In this document: in pieces, positions 54,001 through 56,887 of the stretch
Position numbering within the stretch: position 1 is the first letter of the stretch
Layout: each line of letters begins with the position of its first letter
Assembly (NCBI GenBank): GCA_022709525.1
Contig: JAKLIQ010000006.1
Coordinates: 2,708 to 66,707, forward strand
DNA length: 64,000 nt
Direction of reading: 5' to 3'
Source of the DNA: Candidatus Omnitrophota bacterium
GTDB lineage: Bacteria > Omnitrophota > Omnitrophia > Omnitrophales > Aquincolibacteriaceae
Program-made: the position numbers and the translations under genes
The notes under the pieces: model-generated
The model's input: only the letters and a program-made list of their open reading frames with translations
Databases searched by the model: none
Told to the model about the DNA's origin: nothing

Positions 54001-56841
54001 GATCTCAGGCATCTTTTCCGTTTTCCTAGATTCAAATTTTCGGACGACCGAGAAGTCCATCTTGGATTCAGCGACGACGAGGGCGAACTTTACCGGGACC
54101 CTCATAAGATCGAGAAAGCTTTGCGCGGCGAAACCATCGGCCTTTCCTTAAGGCCCCTCCTCGATATGGGGGTTTCTGTCGACCAGGTCGAAGCTATTTT
54201 TGAGGCGTGGGGTTATATTCGATTGGTAATGCCGGTACCGCTCGCGGAATTCAAACCGGGCGAATATTTCATCAACGAAGAGAAGAACATAATCTGGGTG
54301 AAATTACTTCCCGGCATTCATCCGCACAATTTCTTCGGTTTGGACCAAAACGGAAAATTCCTTACCGGCGCTGTCCCGGGCGACACGCATTTTGAAGGGG
54401 CAACCCTCGAAACCCTCGGGAATCATTTGATCGAAAGATATCGGGCCAGGGATATCTTTATTTGGGGGAACGGTAAGGATTCGGTTCTAAGTCTTCCTCG
54501 GGAAAAGGAGGTTTTTGGCGCGAAACATAAGCGCGAAAAATTCTTAAGCGCCATTTTAGTGGTTCCCAAACAATTCCGTTCCGAAACGCGGGAGTCTGAA
54601 ATCCGCGGAAAAGAAGAACAAGCGGTTCTTGATCGCATCGAAGCTTATCTGGCCGCCATGAAAATAGGGGATGAGCTCGAGCTTGACATCATGAAGGCGC
54701 AGTGGATGGATGAGCTCGGGAGGGCGGGAAGCAGGATGATGTGGAGCGATCTTTACGGGATCCTTTCAGTACAGCTTTTTCCAAAATACGGCATTGTCTA
54801 TGAGCCCCACAAGACCGGCGGGTATTTCAAACGTTTTCCAACCAAAGGGCCGGCTCAAGAAAATATTCGCACGCCTGAACTTGCTCCGGCGGAAGAGTTA
54901 AAAATGCAGGCAGAAGCGGAAATGAACCGAGAAGAGCTTCAAGTGCCGGAGGATCTTAAGGATAAGATTTTTATCCATGACAGTCACCGGTTTGCCTATT
55001 ATCAGATCAAAAAAGCCGTGGAAACCCAGAAGATTCCTAGCGGACTGCCGCTTCTTTTGCTGGACCAGCATAGCGACAATAAAGGCATTATGCTGGAAAA
55101 TGTTGCCGAATGGCATGGCATCACATGGAAAATCCCCGCCGAAATGGACCGCGCTTCCGGACAGAACATCCTCGATTCCGGCAACTGGATCAATTATCTT
55201 CAAAAAGACAAATTGGTTGGGCCGGTTTTCTGGGCTTATCCCTATGGTCGTGAAATTTTTATGGGCGAAGGGCAGCAAGCCTTTGAAGCCCAGGGAGCCA
55301 CTCTGCGCAAGATCTTGAAAGATCATCCGGGATCTTTTCAAGACGGCGTAATCCTTTCCCTGGACCTGGATTATTTTGCTTCTCAAGCGAATGACAAAGG
55401 GGAAAAAGGTTACCGGCCGCCCAAGGGCGAGATCAAACAAAAAATGGAAAATATTTTTAATTTGCTCAGAACGTATGGCGTCAAGATCCGTTTGCTCAAT
55501 GCTGCTTATTCTCTGACGCCGTTTTCTTACGCGCCCTCCGACTATAAACCGGAATTTCAGGAAGCCCTCCGGGAAACCATCCGGGCCAATACCGAACTTT
55601 TTGTTCGCTCGGAAGCGCGGAAAAAAGAAAGTTCACAGGAATATACAGAACAGGTTGAAAAGGTTCTTGATCTGCTGGGTGGCATGAAAGCGAGTAAAGG
55701 CCGGGAGAGGCAAAAAGCCTTTGAAAAAATACAGCAATGGCAGAATTGGGTCGCTCCGGAAGATCAATATGCCGCTGATCGTTTTAAACGAAAAGATGAA
55801 AGGGTGTATGCCCCGCTGGAGATCATCACGGGACATTTGAAGAATCCAAGATTCTATCCCGAATTCGAGCAAGAAATTGTTGAATTCTTGTTTTGGGTCC
55901 ATGCGGACGATCAGCCGCTCTTTGAAAAGACCGTCGAAGTTTTATTTGAAGACGCTGCTTTTCAACGTCAAAGTCCTGATGAAGGAAAGCGCAAACAAGG
56001 CGAGGCGAGCACGGGTCTTCTCCGCGAATTATTGATGCAAGCGAGCAGCCGGGATAATAAAACCTTTTTGCGTTATCTGGAAAAAATGTTCCGTGGCCTC
56101 GGGAAAAACCGTTCTACGGCCGAAAAATTCATCGGGGAACTGATGGTCACCCATAAAAATGACGCCATGGGCAGAGGATTGCGCGACGCCTTGGATAAGG
56201 TTTGGCCCTCAAGAGCCGAAATAAGGGTTTCGATGGATGCGGCGGAGGGGACGTTCCGGCAAAGCAAAGTTTCAAAAATGACGCGCTCGGAGTTAAGAGA
56301 TTTATTGGAACAGGTGATGCCAAACGCTTACCCTGAAAAAACCATACAAGCCACCCGTTTTGCCAAAGCGAGGGAAATGCTTGGCGTCAAAACCGTGGAG
56401 ACCCAAGACGCTCTTATCCTTACCAAGGAATTCGCGTTCGATCGTAAAGCCCTGCTGGCGGTTCAAAAAGTTTTCAGCGGTACGGAGATCGTTGTCTTAG
56501 CCGATGAAGACCAGCTTAGTCAAGCTGACCGTGATTTTCTTGACCAACTTCCTCAAGCCAACCGGCCTTATTTGGTCTCTGCTGCCCTTTTGAATCATCC
56601 GAAAGTCTTTTCGGATGCGCTGAGAAAACTCCTGGGCCGTACAGCCGTCGGCCGCTCCGTTCATTTTAAGGCTATGGCCGGAGCGAACGATCCTGCGGCG
56701 GAGCTTTTGAAATCCCAGTTTGACGATGATGCGATCCTTTTGACCGAGCGGACATTCGAAAACTTCCTCAACATCGCCGGCGTTAGCGCTCTTGTAAATG
56801 CCATGACGGTCCAATACAAAGCCACGGCGAAGTCGGCGTAA
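36061..56841 (+). CDS. Giant multidomain protein 2 (about 6,920 aa; the ORF is open from TTG 36049; an alternative ATG is at 36115). Order: signal, TraB/Tiki-like domain, unknown module, 4-TM cluster, methyltransferase-like, GNAT, Hef/RIG-I-like SF2 helicase, 2 TM, HPr-like, TM plus a second TraB/Tiki-like domain, GNAT-like, RelE/ParE-like, arginase-fold, shared C-terminal domain.
   Basis: Single uninterrupted 20.8-kb ORF. The signal-like MPDHNKTTFSLPVRAIAMFVLFAFTSTTIAWSAP segment. Domain motifs are listed separately. Confidence 0.85.
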   Translation: MLRKDGKSKVKGLSAVSKMPDHNKTTFSLPVRAIAMFVLFAFTSTTIAWSAPSVGTEVKELSREIKINQLAERITVPSEIGIIKEIHTASPASALSPQFSGLIVHLEDAHGSVEAQLHQEAILRHLRKEYGLDTIFVEGGLGDLRPELLSFLEDEKRNSELINKLTEKGLVGGVERFLATKSPDQRLQTADHSLKTKDFKAIAPVSSLKSSVRAFGVESAELYRRELELFREVYAHKAESDQFLNGIRRQLLAQSASGFNKELKAFFKEWLFQEEVQKDILSHLSFLQKYAVETLNLDLTDAREQYDWPQLVRFFKLKNLEGLVPRDSELARDEMQKLAQWLNDQKLDDLNKELELFFNEPRGASFESRGETFRTRMEKFYAKVSPRGFRFEDYPALTKRIGSIILSQEIQTGELLQEMERLNAKILEALAKTQEEKRGIAQYQEYLLLKKLFSLELTREEFKQMGLAPRDSLLEKTRGQAESRIPSSEPPAREVYSRALEFYEIAQQREEAIFKNMLAKMKSIKQPNAVLITGGFHSEGLSEFLKAKGVSYVRIAPRISGKMDDANYLRIMTLGQCAPAARSSARFATLTNDPKSLDAATVEFIRAELRTSIREIADDVIPSNEWIISKDLLGRQSEAMVPRDSGLGTGFKNESLGTSDKSRAEGRSEAREEEKDPSALEKEFERLFPSNKELMLALFGEIVLQNKNIEKFFYQLMAIYGLASWDGEHYQSTTKRPLSPEQALYFVSLLRLEGGGFLGDEYEFIYKTKKGKRTVEKTVAYTDLDPEYLEWAVKYKIPIEYFPLTYSLFIDKKEGLPQTGTTKIAIRAGNQLGEELFREFIEKRGPRVREPLVNAKGVDPKNLRWLKIHPDSHLSKIADSHGIDPKDLKLGFEKEGDQHSVYLFTANETFNAEASRRFDASHVASIPIGFVSIRYDGNTPFIYGYQPRFFIPSHGKEDANDVVGRTIKGGMLFLEAFLEKEISKIVSAKKPVKKLHFPTPSWHLVNSKVAGTTAFRYYYEFPKEQGFQLVLATPESKAFNMGKSWQPHWLLEKHIEKNRSEMRGSSISVKWSEKIAKLKQTPDYRLLAYLLKNTGLSEIEKNRYITLWLMMAISAPLTGSLKFVFAAGAASLAAVSPWFVMAPPLVVLLLSPLFRLVFFVGPFWAASGFKMKLDWLIPANFVPGLGAFIAVPAQILKSLKGEYRQYQNMSVRKLRQLVYQLDGILSEHRMNLPQEDLDAIRSRLPMMAFKVLEFQAAHPGFSLKKNGKENPEAILHLESVDLLPVRLESLIREKTPTIFLGSGQESFNTLRQRIPPDRLPGLDFYQFDLSQEPGIEKDSIQPLAARSEARHKGLFSNVTPLDKIVEKHKQWNLHKVVDVLDRKAREIKTFFWWELLEQWRTDGGSFYFTSEEKNFSESLRRASDDQFKEQVERLLRTSFAKRDLILSSKKDYPTFDELINSFETGFLSFYSNLFGVLADEAVSGRLPAAEKNWKVLMPELIRRWNENDSARSEMRNDIEKNIEKILEQADVRIRSGDEVESEPGVYAATPPVYLTAIEKVLQIDPRKELILIEAGHAQGLLALRLAMKHPNLRIIGIEGRPSLYEDSKKILEAAIELRFLRPEQVHFYEGDLNDEEFSKDYEAADIVYYYNYGADDETKFALTLADHLKYGARVVVFDGFLDGGEADHFSQALRETEVFEGTIVQGVRSIPVFKKTLDTQDVSLEGNRSEVRNEAATSRALPGASKRFAYAEEVARVVGLLGELRQLDNTRVLAQTENGVGEENWSRWIQHHMAGKLHVFFGYWNSFNESGDIEDLETAEKGLQEAENIFESRKSFKEALQNDFDHFHLNPPLEKVRSGKPLFPLELVHYFLHKVFVENPNAQKNREVYARVIQDLEEAFYEMREAFERVKTEKYFKTAEELEKNPPANVSSQKASSEVLRHFRVYDGMDGKLYADPRVWYRENFSGFDHFAAIGPGEIVFLTLDEGATGAVASLGHHECLSLAIRARAGNKNVIGLAHVFYDIMAGNSQDSYVKYLKILDHLHAQKEWSDIQIILTENNVFHGFPKGMNLDVLKREAADRGIQVSSAEVWKFGTDAWVDIIATPQEVFLRKREGTAPFRYEPKDWGAPIRTDPGDPRTVSFMPSTLVSEDGEEFEVSYEDGSVDGQRTIKLLYDGQPVATVDFRIDPKQNAAILDYNNDGPKRYVGIEVNQFFSERYSGIGTALMGLAFRVARDEGIPEFYVLHSKADGFYEKLGMIKIRDGVFRFPLEDSEREKQRLSFPPLRIRSNPRSELRKKKEEDPNQLKLFEASETKELDPENALMRQLGYAWEQMKQAIQSPEELEKALYEKIPAVKKAVEFLGFQVVEENRKLFVTDPVFKRKIQFRAYQVLLAAHAARGDAMVILPTGLGKTIVAVLVVGYLLKQAPQKKILITANSNLLVEQHADTFDQYFESDIIAKIGESDNEEGRRSLWRRARIVIATNDLVVADPGVFLIDDIGYLIVDEAHRVGAAPDDRYAGTRLVQAYREKNPDGKLLGLTASPRPKKELKGWQQNLRLSDTDFFAASEEDSWIYPYVIKRNAEIARAERDAKFPLLFMILRFLEDVFKVVRTTDIRADFEDARQKVLNAWLEENDEKIQKVFDGFLQDTARQAAASSQRVLMQEQYGPVLELIRKVRTELVPQMFDLKASKAVRIAEWAALFEKPVFSDPKFLELSVAVRTSFETELFRKAAQDLETLIDRQKYRIYELWQQNLQKSLLNVKGDMSRLSHEKIERLWEKTSEEFRDNPDDFGVAYKAAVEAKNWKEKDRLDVLVTLNQLWHLRGDWIKYGPEKFTGTIQTKDLEAKASWKKRTRPALERTSVLDAASWFQKSREIFPKEKILLDLLRPVQGKPHDRTAIFVDDKKMARRLVELIKKEFPDLRVAMLVGRGMGGSDEGMTPREQERVRDDFNKGKLDILVGTDVMAEGLNLQGLRRVIEYTPARRAIEKIQRQGRVSRFEEGWVLSLVTPWDRSIYFGTQQRVEATRRLIRDLQKRNPYTEFRSETRISLRTERNEVPVRAEMRASVAEEIEERVSSMYDKGDLEVGYWWFDFEEYDARRKDPDYPTLPTDRISKIREAMEEFRDLRTDKNQMIYARNIHWILGVPSVGIMLIHLLLLAQGDGEVYWKTSFGLLGAVALLNYFFSRVVDYTTNEHPYEKILDILESIDRQGPDESQGPSVRSEARDRVSQLAQNFVIQNPNGIHLRPAAGIVKIAQQIFAALGITVWLQKSGQGERVPAQSETKVALLGLRQGDSVTVILDSREGESYPRRFFEKIMKLWKKLFNDPEALKAGLSGEKGLPYFSAITSLVPEKDASRRSEIRTKHPPQKRVMKFRDVAYYYNNFDKAAEIFKKILKASEKGVINAGDRIWRETLPAIKSYYDAYNKRGEIPEDFRVMAMLVRAIMIFQMLMGKKTSIPQTSKPAKRSAVSENHFKDRYRFWSDAALFNKIAEVLKALKNPDMAAKIRDPKLGLPQFDTPQMTRLNELAAMDRFVHPEKLELEDIFTRFDRRHAAARGETSFRSETREPLLLDGNVKLTAIREKLSDISELHLDRDIRKAVAMQIRRVILAKQDRLGWEDLQKIEGLEDLNLSVLKENFKLPVKTPVRSLKYSRRFAWGLAGLLAASALSIAGWFKWESSRARQSLTATFQKAGDVKSEIYQDLEKVYFEKMPLYNVFPAALYKDPLYFPNQEWGNYHLTVIGDIHTHPDTPALILDAARLIAEDPQQWVLLVEGYEEWKKNRNENAVDLVLLDELIKRTKAPVLDFVPLPSDADVLEGIQERLEFSKEEILNISCFLKLGFYFTVADDSGRPQEWALEKTLNLMSSRTGLPKEYFLNQLTALAQSLKDLDDVGLKKVWEKIVRFQLIEIEARNTVGQKRVREFLSKYPNRKNIFVITGSLHLPIFDIRLPPEHQPMTLPYDFFTESLSRYYSVLELNASSFRSEIRGDTKDSALAWSHKRTKELLAAMSPAVQDTISKFLKEKILRHRNNRLMEWSRSLKNQSHAAKIKNDIEQWSGGIESPKGKKNEEIIALIEPWLDGDYFWFDEIAWNPIQVTEYMLQVFLSHTSPAFSNWAEEKAAQFNMTREEFLTRLLTDIRLIELLVIVFMQSNLHSTFPGMPVTILTLKDEVLASATHTGDTIANGQNPLETIPEKKKEPWLEVLKRSFQKPQPVSKKEPEKVAWYRRVIAVSEEKIRGLVDAKAREKGTEEFLDSFIPELIHFVKHSRDFKASEHELVSMKKELDRYVGLKNLFSFIPRSDPPARQDGSPTKNSTDPSGPVADVLLSRAEMRISAAELVKRERQLDQWALMAEELKKIKRLQDTSEKAFRRQRESIAEQVMNYAMSDEVFMDRLITADFEAAAGMLTSFPYLKKEDQPILKVMLEIVFPPEAATRHLKASWLQVICCGVSGLGLFLKNILRPKKTFQNGTQGSKSESPAVFTDTTSSAGRRSEMRAEEKNLPQTEGKLFNNLSLDTLAETLAPVVLDMRDRRENVYVEGKNKRREVIGVVRFQPGLQIALAPRFAGRSFYNSHDEFAQKAGFTETVDEKGYARLWLTFNEEKELIRIGLSPDADKIISSDEKRKQLAALALMTAKILRSLEDHDLDFKLGGFALEIGGRTSLLGDHERNAVWGQSQSSIEMLDRLSTLGTTEPGVQEMRSELRETTGDIVLRQKGRDMWETERKPDKMVFHFETLEMQKLPKGSQRSRAYEFRTVFKTLFPALAYEAYKGERSFALNPDRINVLLLSEGKPAGFYSYSKLPYQRNQLLGFGVIQDYRGTGAEDVLWEDIKARVFYNNPKARIIVPDIALLNSRAAPGRFEGTAEDLKSALGIEGAAPKEESSAGQGVRADETIAQEHAFEAYTKRIFTPEFLKKYETKLAEMRDAIGLTLRSYGHQLVNRQEMAKEIVDFLEQSAATTETRLSLAKLPQGVTQEGSKRATFFFFINEEYLEFIGGARYDEKGEEYHHGRLAQAFEIDLTQFDHVLIYGSAEGASPKNPEGEISLTFLENHYPQEKGKFLATLLAAGGVPLSKKINVRNNSVPVKSIKTLADMLSFNDGSSAPRSETRAPLNLTIRYSQDFYNVIARMQANERYALMNRLYRFLRSAQHTTSTTGVGKPLTGGLNMYKEFQWGDYRILFIYNIHRNFPENDPARREFILFLCWYKKWSIDSQKPLNDEARNNKAIQKILDPALPQDGEKIQQLLKWFYEEREEKPIADLEDFDFLNQVAPSLLFSPIQKLDLEDLRGTLEANLKVKESFTNAPILYFAIHDMQAALEKEPDNLEKAAHLWLGKSGTVPREEAERAKQFLRQWTSAEYRLLALIENDLKENESAQGFRKALGNIAWVYFELAEKPFRKKIQQKIEEWAQRRPETSKGLGQIQAAYAQLRKGNAGEDVFSSPLVEKMIEARKEWLRSPPVVKKPVLKPEPAAVSPAEVTPVLAIRREPEPASVPPSIEREPLKLPDTPVVKEAIGKAKKLFEDCKIRPDLITDANAETALAVALDPQYTFKEAGAKLEKLFESSIGENTAKDLRKELEQLGFLAALHQMNQIRALKHLTQMFSKAEVSFESGDVIQAETLVKSAIVADGYGRPTEGKSSLDSLLGKIKELEESIKALKKWTAVLLENPETSAPLSKADLDKLVAEWDGFSKKQQKAAEHLLSSETSRGRLKDNLANSFFVAAFLLPFVREHKASSGWVEILIKDPAMIRDMNRELINRGAKVLTETQHVFPVSPKGSLRSEVRGKKEVTLVMPKGPYVFSDFESQEDLAPEVRAFDLKDHDMELSFNFEAFDAQGKSRFYFDRIHNILFFNGVPLAFYGKERDENSPLEEIYQTPDELAAGHSPSKVDAILPSGNLGQNDWFVAIVDDKVYHYSKDPLDRVYDMLLVKEDGTLEVRSLRFKDQKGMRGIYDKNYRSIPFKIRYGFYGQRLVKDRKLNLAGVATQFDDLRHLFRFPRFKFSDDREVHLGFSDDEGELYRDPHKIEKALRGETIGLSLRPLLDMGVSVDQVEAIFEAWGYIRLVMPVPLAEFKPGEYFINEEKNIIWVKLLPGIHPHNFFGLDQNGKFLTGAVPGDTHFEGATLETLGNHLIERYRARDIFIWGNGKDSVLSLPREKEVFGAKHKREKFLSAILVVPKQFRSETRESEIRGKEEQAVLDRIEAYLAAMKIGDELELDIMKAQWMDELGRAGSRMMWSDLYGILSVQLFPKYGIVYEPHKTGGYFKRFPTKGPAQENIRTPELAPAEELKMQAEAEMNREELQVPEDLKDKIFIHDSHRFAYYQIKKAVETQKIPSGLPLLLLDQHSDNKGIMLENVAEWHGITWKIPAEMDRASGQNILDSGNWINYLQKDKLVGPVFWAYPYGREIFMGEGQQAFEAQGATLRKILKDHPGSFQDGVILSLDLDYFASQANDKGEKGYRPPKGEIKQKMENIFNLLRTYGVKIRLLNAAYSLTPFSYAPSDYKPEFQEALRETIRANTELFVRSEARKKESSQEYTEQVEKVLDLLGGMKASKGRERQKAFEKIQQWQNWVAPEDQYAADRFKRKDERVYAPLEIITGHLKNPRFYPEFEQEIVEFLFWVHADDQPLFEKTVEVLFEDAAFQRQSPDEGKRKQGEASTGLLRELLMQASSRDNKTFLRYLEKMFRGLGKNRSTAEKFIGELMVTHKNDAMGRGLRDALDKVWPSRAEIRVSMDAAEGTFRQSKVSKMTRSELRDLLEQVMPNAYPEKTIQATRFAKAREMLGVKTVETQDALILTKEFAFDRKALLAVQKVFSGTEIVVLADEDQLSQADRDFLDQLPQANRPYLVSAALLNHPKVFSDALRKLLGRTAVGRSVHFKAMAGANDPAAELLKSQFDDDAILLTERTFENFLNIAGVSALVNAMTVQYKATAKSA
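37020..37050. repeat. Solo left arm (GGGACTCG x2) in frame in giant 2, encoding EGLVPRDSE.
   Basis: gagggactcgttcctagggactcgg. Confidence 0.75.
37133..37170. repeat. Solo right arm (CGAGYYYC variants) in frame in giant 2, encoding EPRGASFESRGE. It lies about 85 bp from the left arm, the same spacing as in mqnD.
   Basis: gagccccgaggagcgagcttcgagtcccgcggcg. Confidence 0.65.
37452..37520. repeat. In-frame GGGACTCG-family element in giant 2, encoding GLAPRDSLLEKTRGQAESRIPSSEPP.
   Basis: tgggactcgctcctcgcgactcgctcctcgaaaaaacaaggggccaagccgagtcccgaatccctagttccgagcccc. Confidence 0.8.
37978..38050. repeat. In-frame GGGACTCG element (3 tandem octamers) in giant 2, encoding MVPRDSGLGTGFKNESLGTSDKSRAE.
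   Basis: ggttcctcgggactcgggactcgggactggttttaaaaacgagtccctaggcacaagcgacaagtcccgcg. Confidence 0.8.
39380..39640 (+). other. Cluster of about 4 predicted TM helices in giant 2.
   Basis: ITLWLMMAISAPLTGSLKFVFAAGAASLAAVSPWFVMAPPLVVLLLSPLFRLVFFVGPFWAASGF...FVPGLGAFIAVPAQIL. Confidence 0.5.
40765..41110 (+). other. Rossmann-fold, class I methyltransferase-like module (weak).
   Basis: ELILIEAGHAQGLLALRLAMKHPNLRIIGIEG...FYEGDLND...ADIVYYYNYG...GARVVVFDGF resembles motif I-IV spacing of SAM MTases. The glycine motif is degenerate. Confidence 0.3.
42560..42860 (+). other. GNAT-family N-acetyltransferase-like module.
   Basis: VGIEVNQFFSERYSGIGTALMGLAFRVARDEGIPEFYVLHSKADGFYEKLGM (motif A R-x-x-G-x-G and motif B). 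Confidence 0.5.
43200..45100 (+). other. Superfamily-2 helicase of the Hef/FANCM/RIG-I-like type, with a roughly 330-aa insertion between RecA-like domains.
   Basis: Motif I MVILPTGLGKT (43264-43296), motif II VDEAH (43568-43582), motif III GLTASPRP (43671-43694), motif V VGTDVMAEGLNL, motif VI QRQGRVSR (45024-45047). Confidence 0.8.
45750..46000 (+). other. HPr-like phosphocarrier domain (PTS HPr fold), flanked by TM helices and RSE[AI]R motifs.
   Basis: FVIQNPNGIHLRPAAGIVKIAQQIF (compare HPr [23 protein letters not shown], with the His15 equivalent present), ...ETKVALLGLRQGDSVTVILDSREGES. Confidence 0.5.
47240..47900 (+). other. Second, internal TraB/GumN/Tiki-like domain in giant 2, preceded by a TM helix. 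It carries the canonical G-x-x-H first motif.
   Basis: YHLTVIGDIHTHPDTP (47262-47309), VLLVEGYEEW, NIFVITGSLHLPIF (47850-47891). Confidence 0.5.
50300..50560 (+). other. Second GNAT-like module.
   Basis: NVLLLSEGKPAGFYSY...LLGFGVIQDYRGTGAEDVLWEDIKARVFYNNPKARIIV. Confidence 0.35.
51500..51680 (+). other. RelE/ParE-like toxin-fold module (weak).
   Basis: LTGGLNMYKEFQWGDYRILFIYNIHRNF...EFILFLCWYKKW resembles the ...R-[IL]-[IL]-[FY]...H-R-x-x-[FY] arrangement of RelE/ParE. Confidence 0.25.
54950..55560 (+). other. Arginase/deacetylase-fold (UPF0489-like) module (weak).
   Basis: KIFIHDSHRF...LLLLDQHSDN...VILSLDLDYFAS resemble the D-x-H-x-D and S-x-D-x-D metal-binding motifs of the arginase/HDAC fold. 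Confidence 0.3.
56300..56838 (+). other. C-terminal domain shared with giant 1.
   Basis: See 18000-18695. ...RSVHFKAMAGAN...FENFLNIAGVSALVNAMTVQYKATAKSA*. Confidence 0.6.
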
Positions 56842-56887
56842 AAAGCCAAAGTTTTTCACTTCATTCTTCTTGAGGTATAATCCCTTC

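Noticed and set aside
5478-56298. The RSE-x-R motifs as copies of a DNA-level hairpin repeat (TTCCG-N5-CGGAA).
   Set aside because: Several copies do form small hairpins. But serine is encoded by both TCN and AGC, and arginine by both CGN and AGA, across copies, and the flanking nucleotides are unrelated. That argues for conservation at the peptide level.
3222-56841. The giant ORFs as assembly or frameshift artefacts that fuse neighbouring ordinary genes.
   Set aside because: Each ORF is continuous for more than 15 kb with no frame changes. Paralogous N- and C-terminal domains occur in the same order in both, and the RSE-x-R punctuation is in frame throughout. Only long-read data could fully exclude misassembly.
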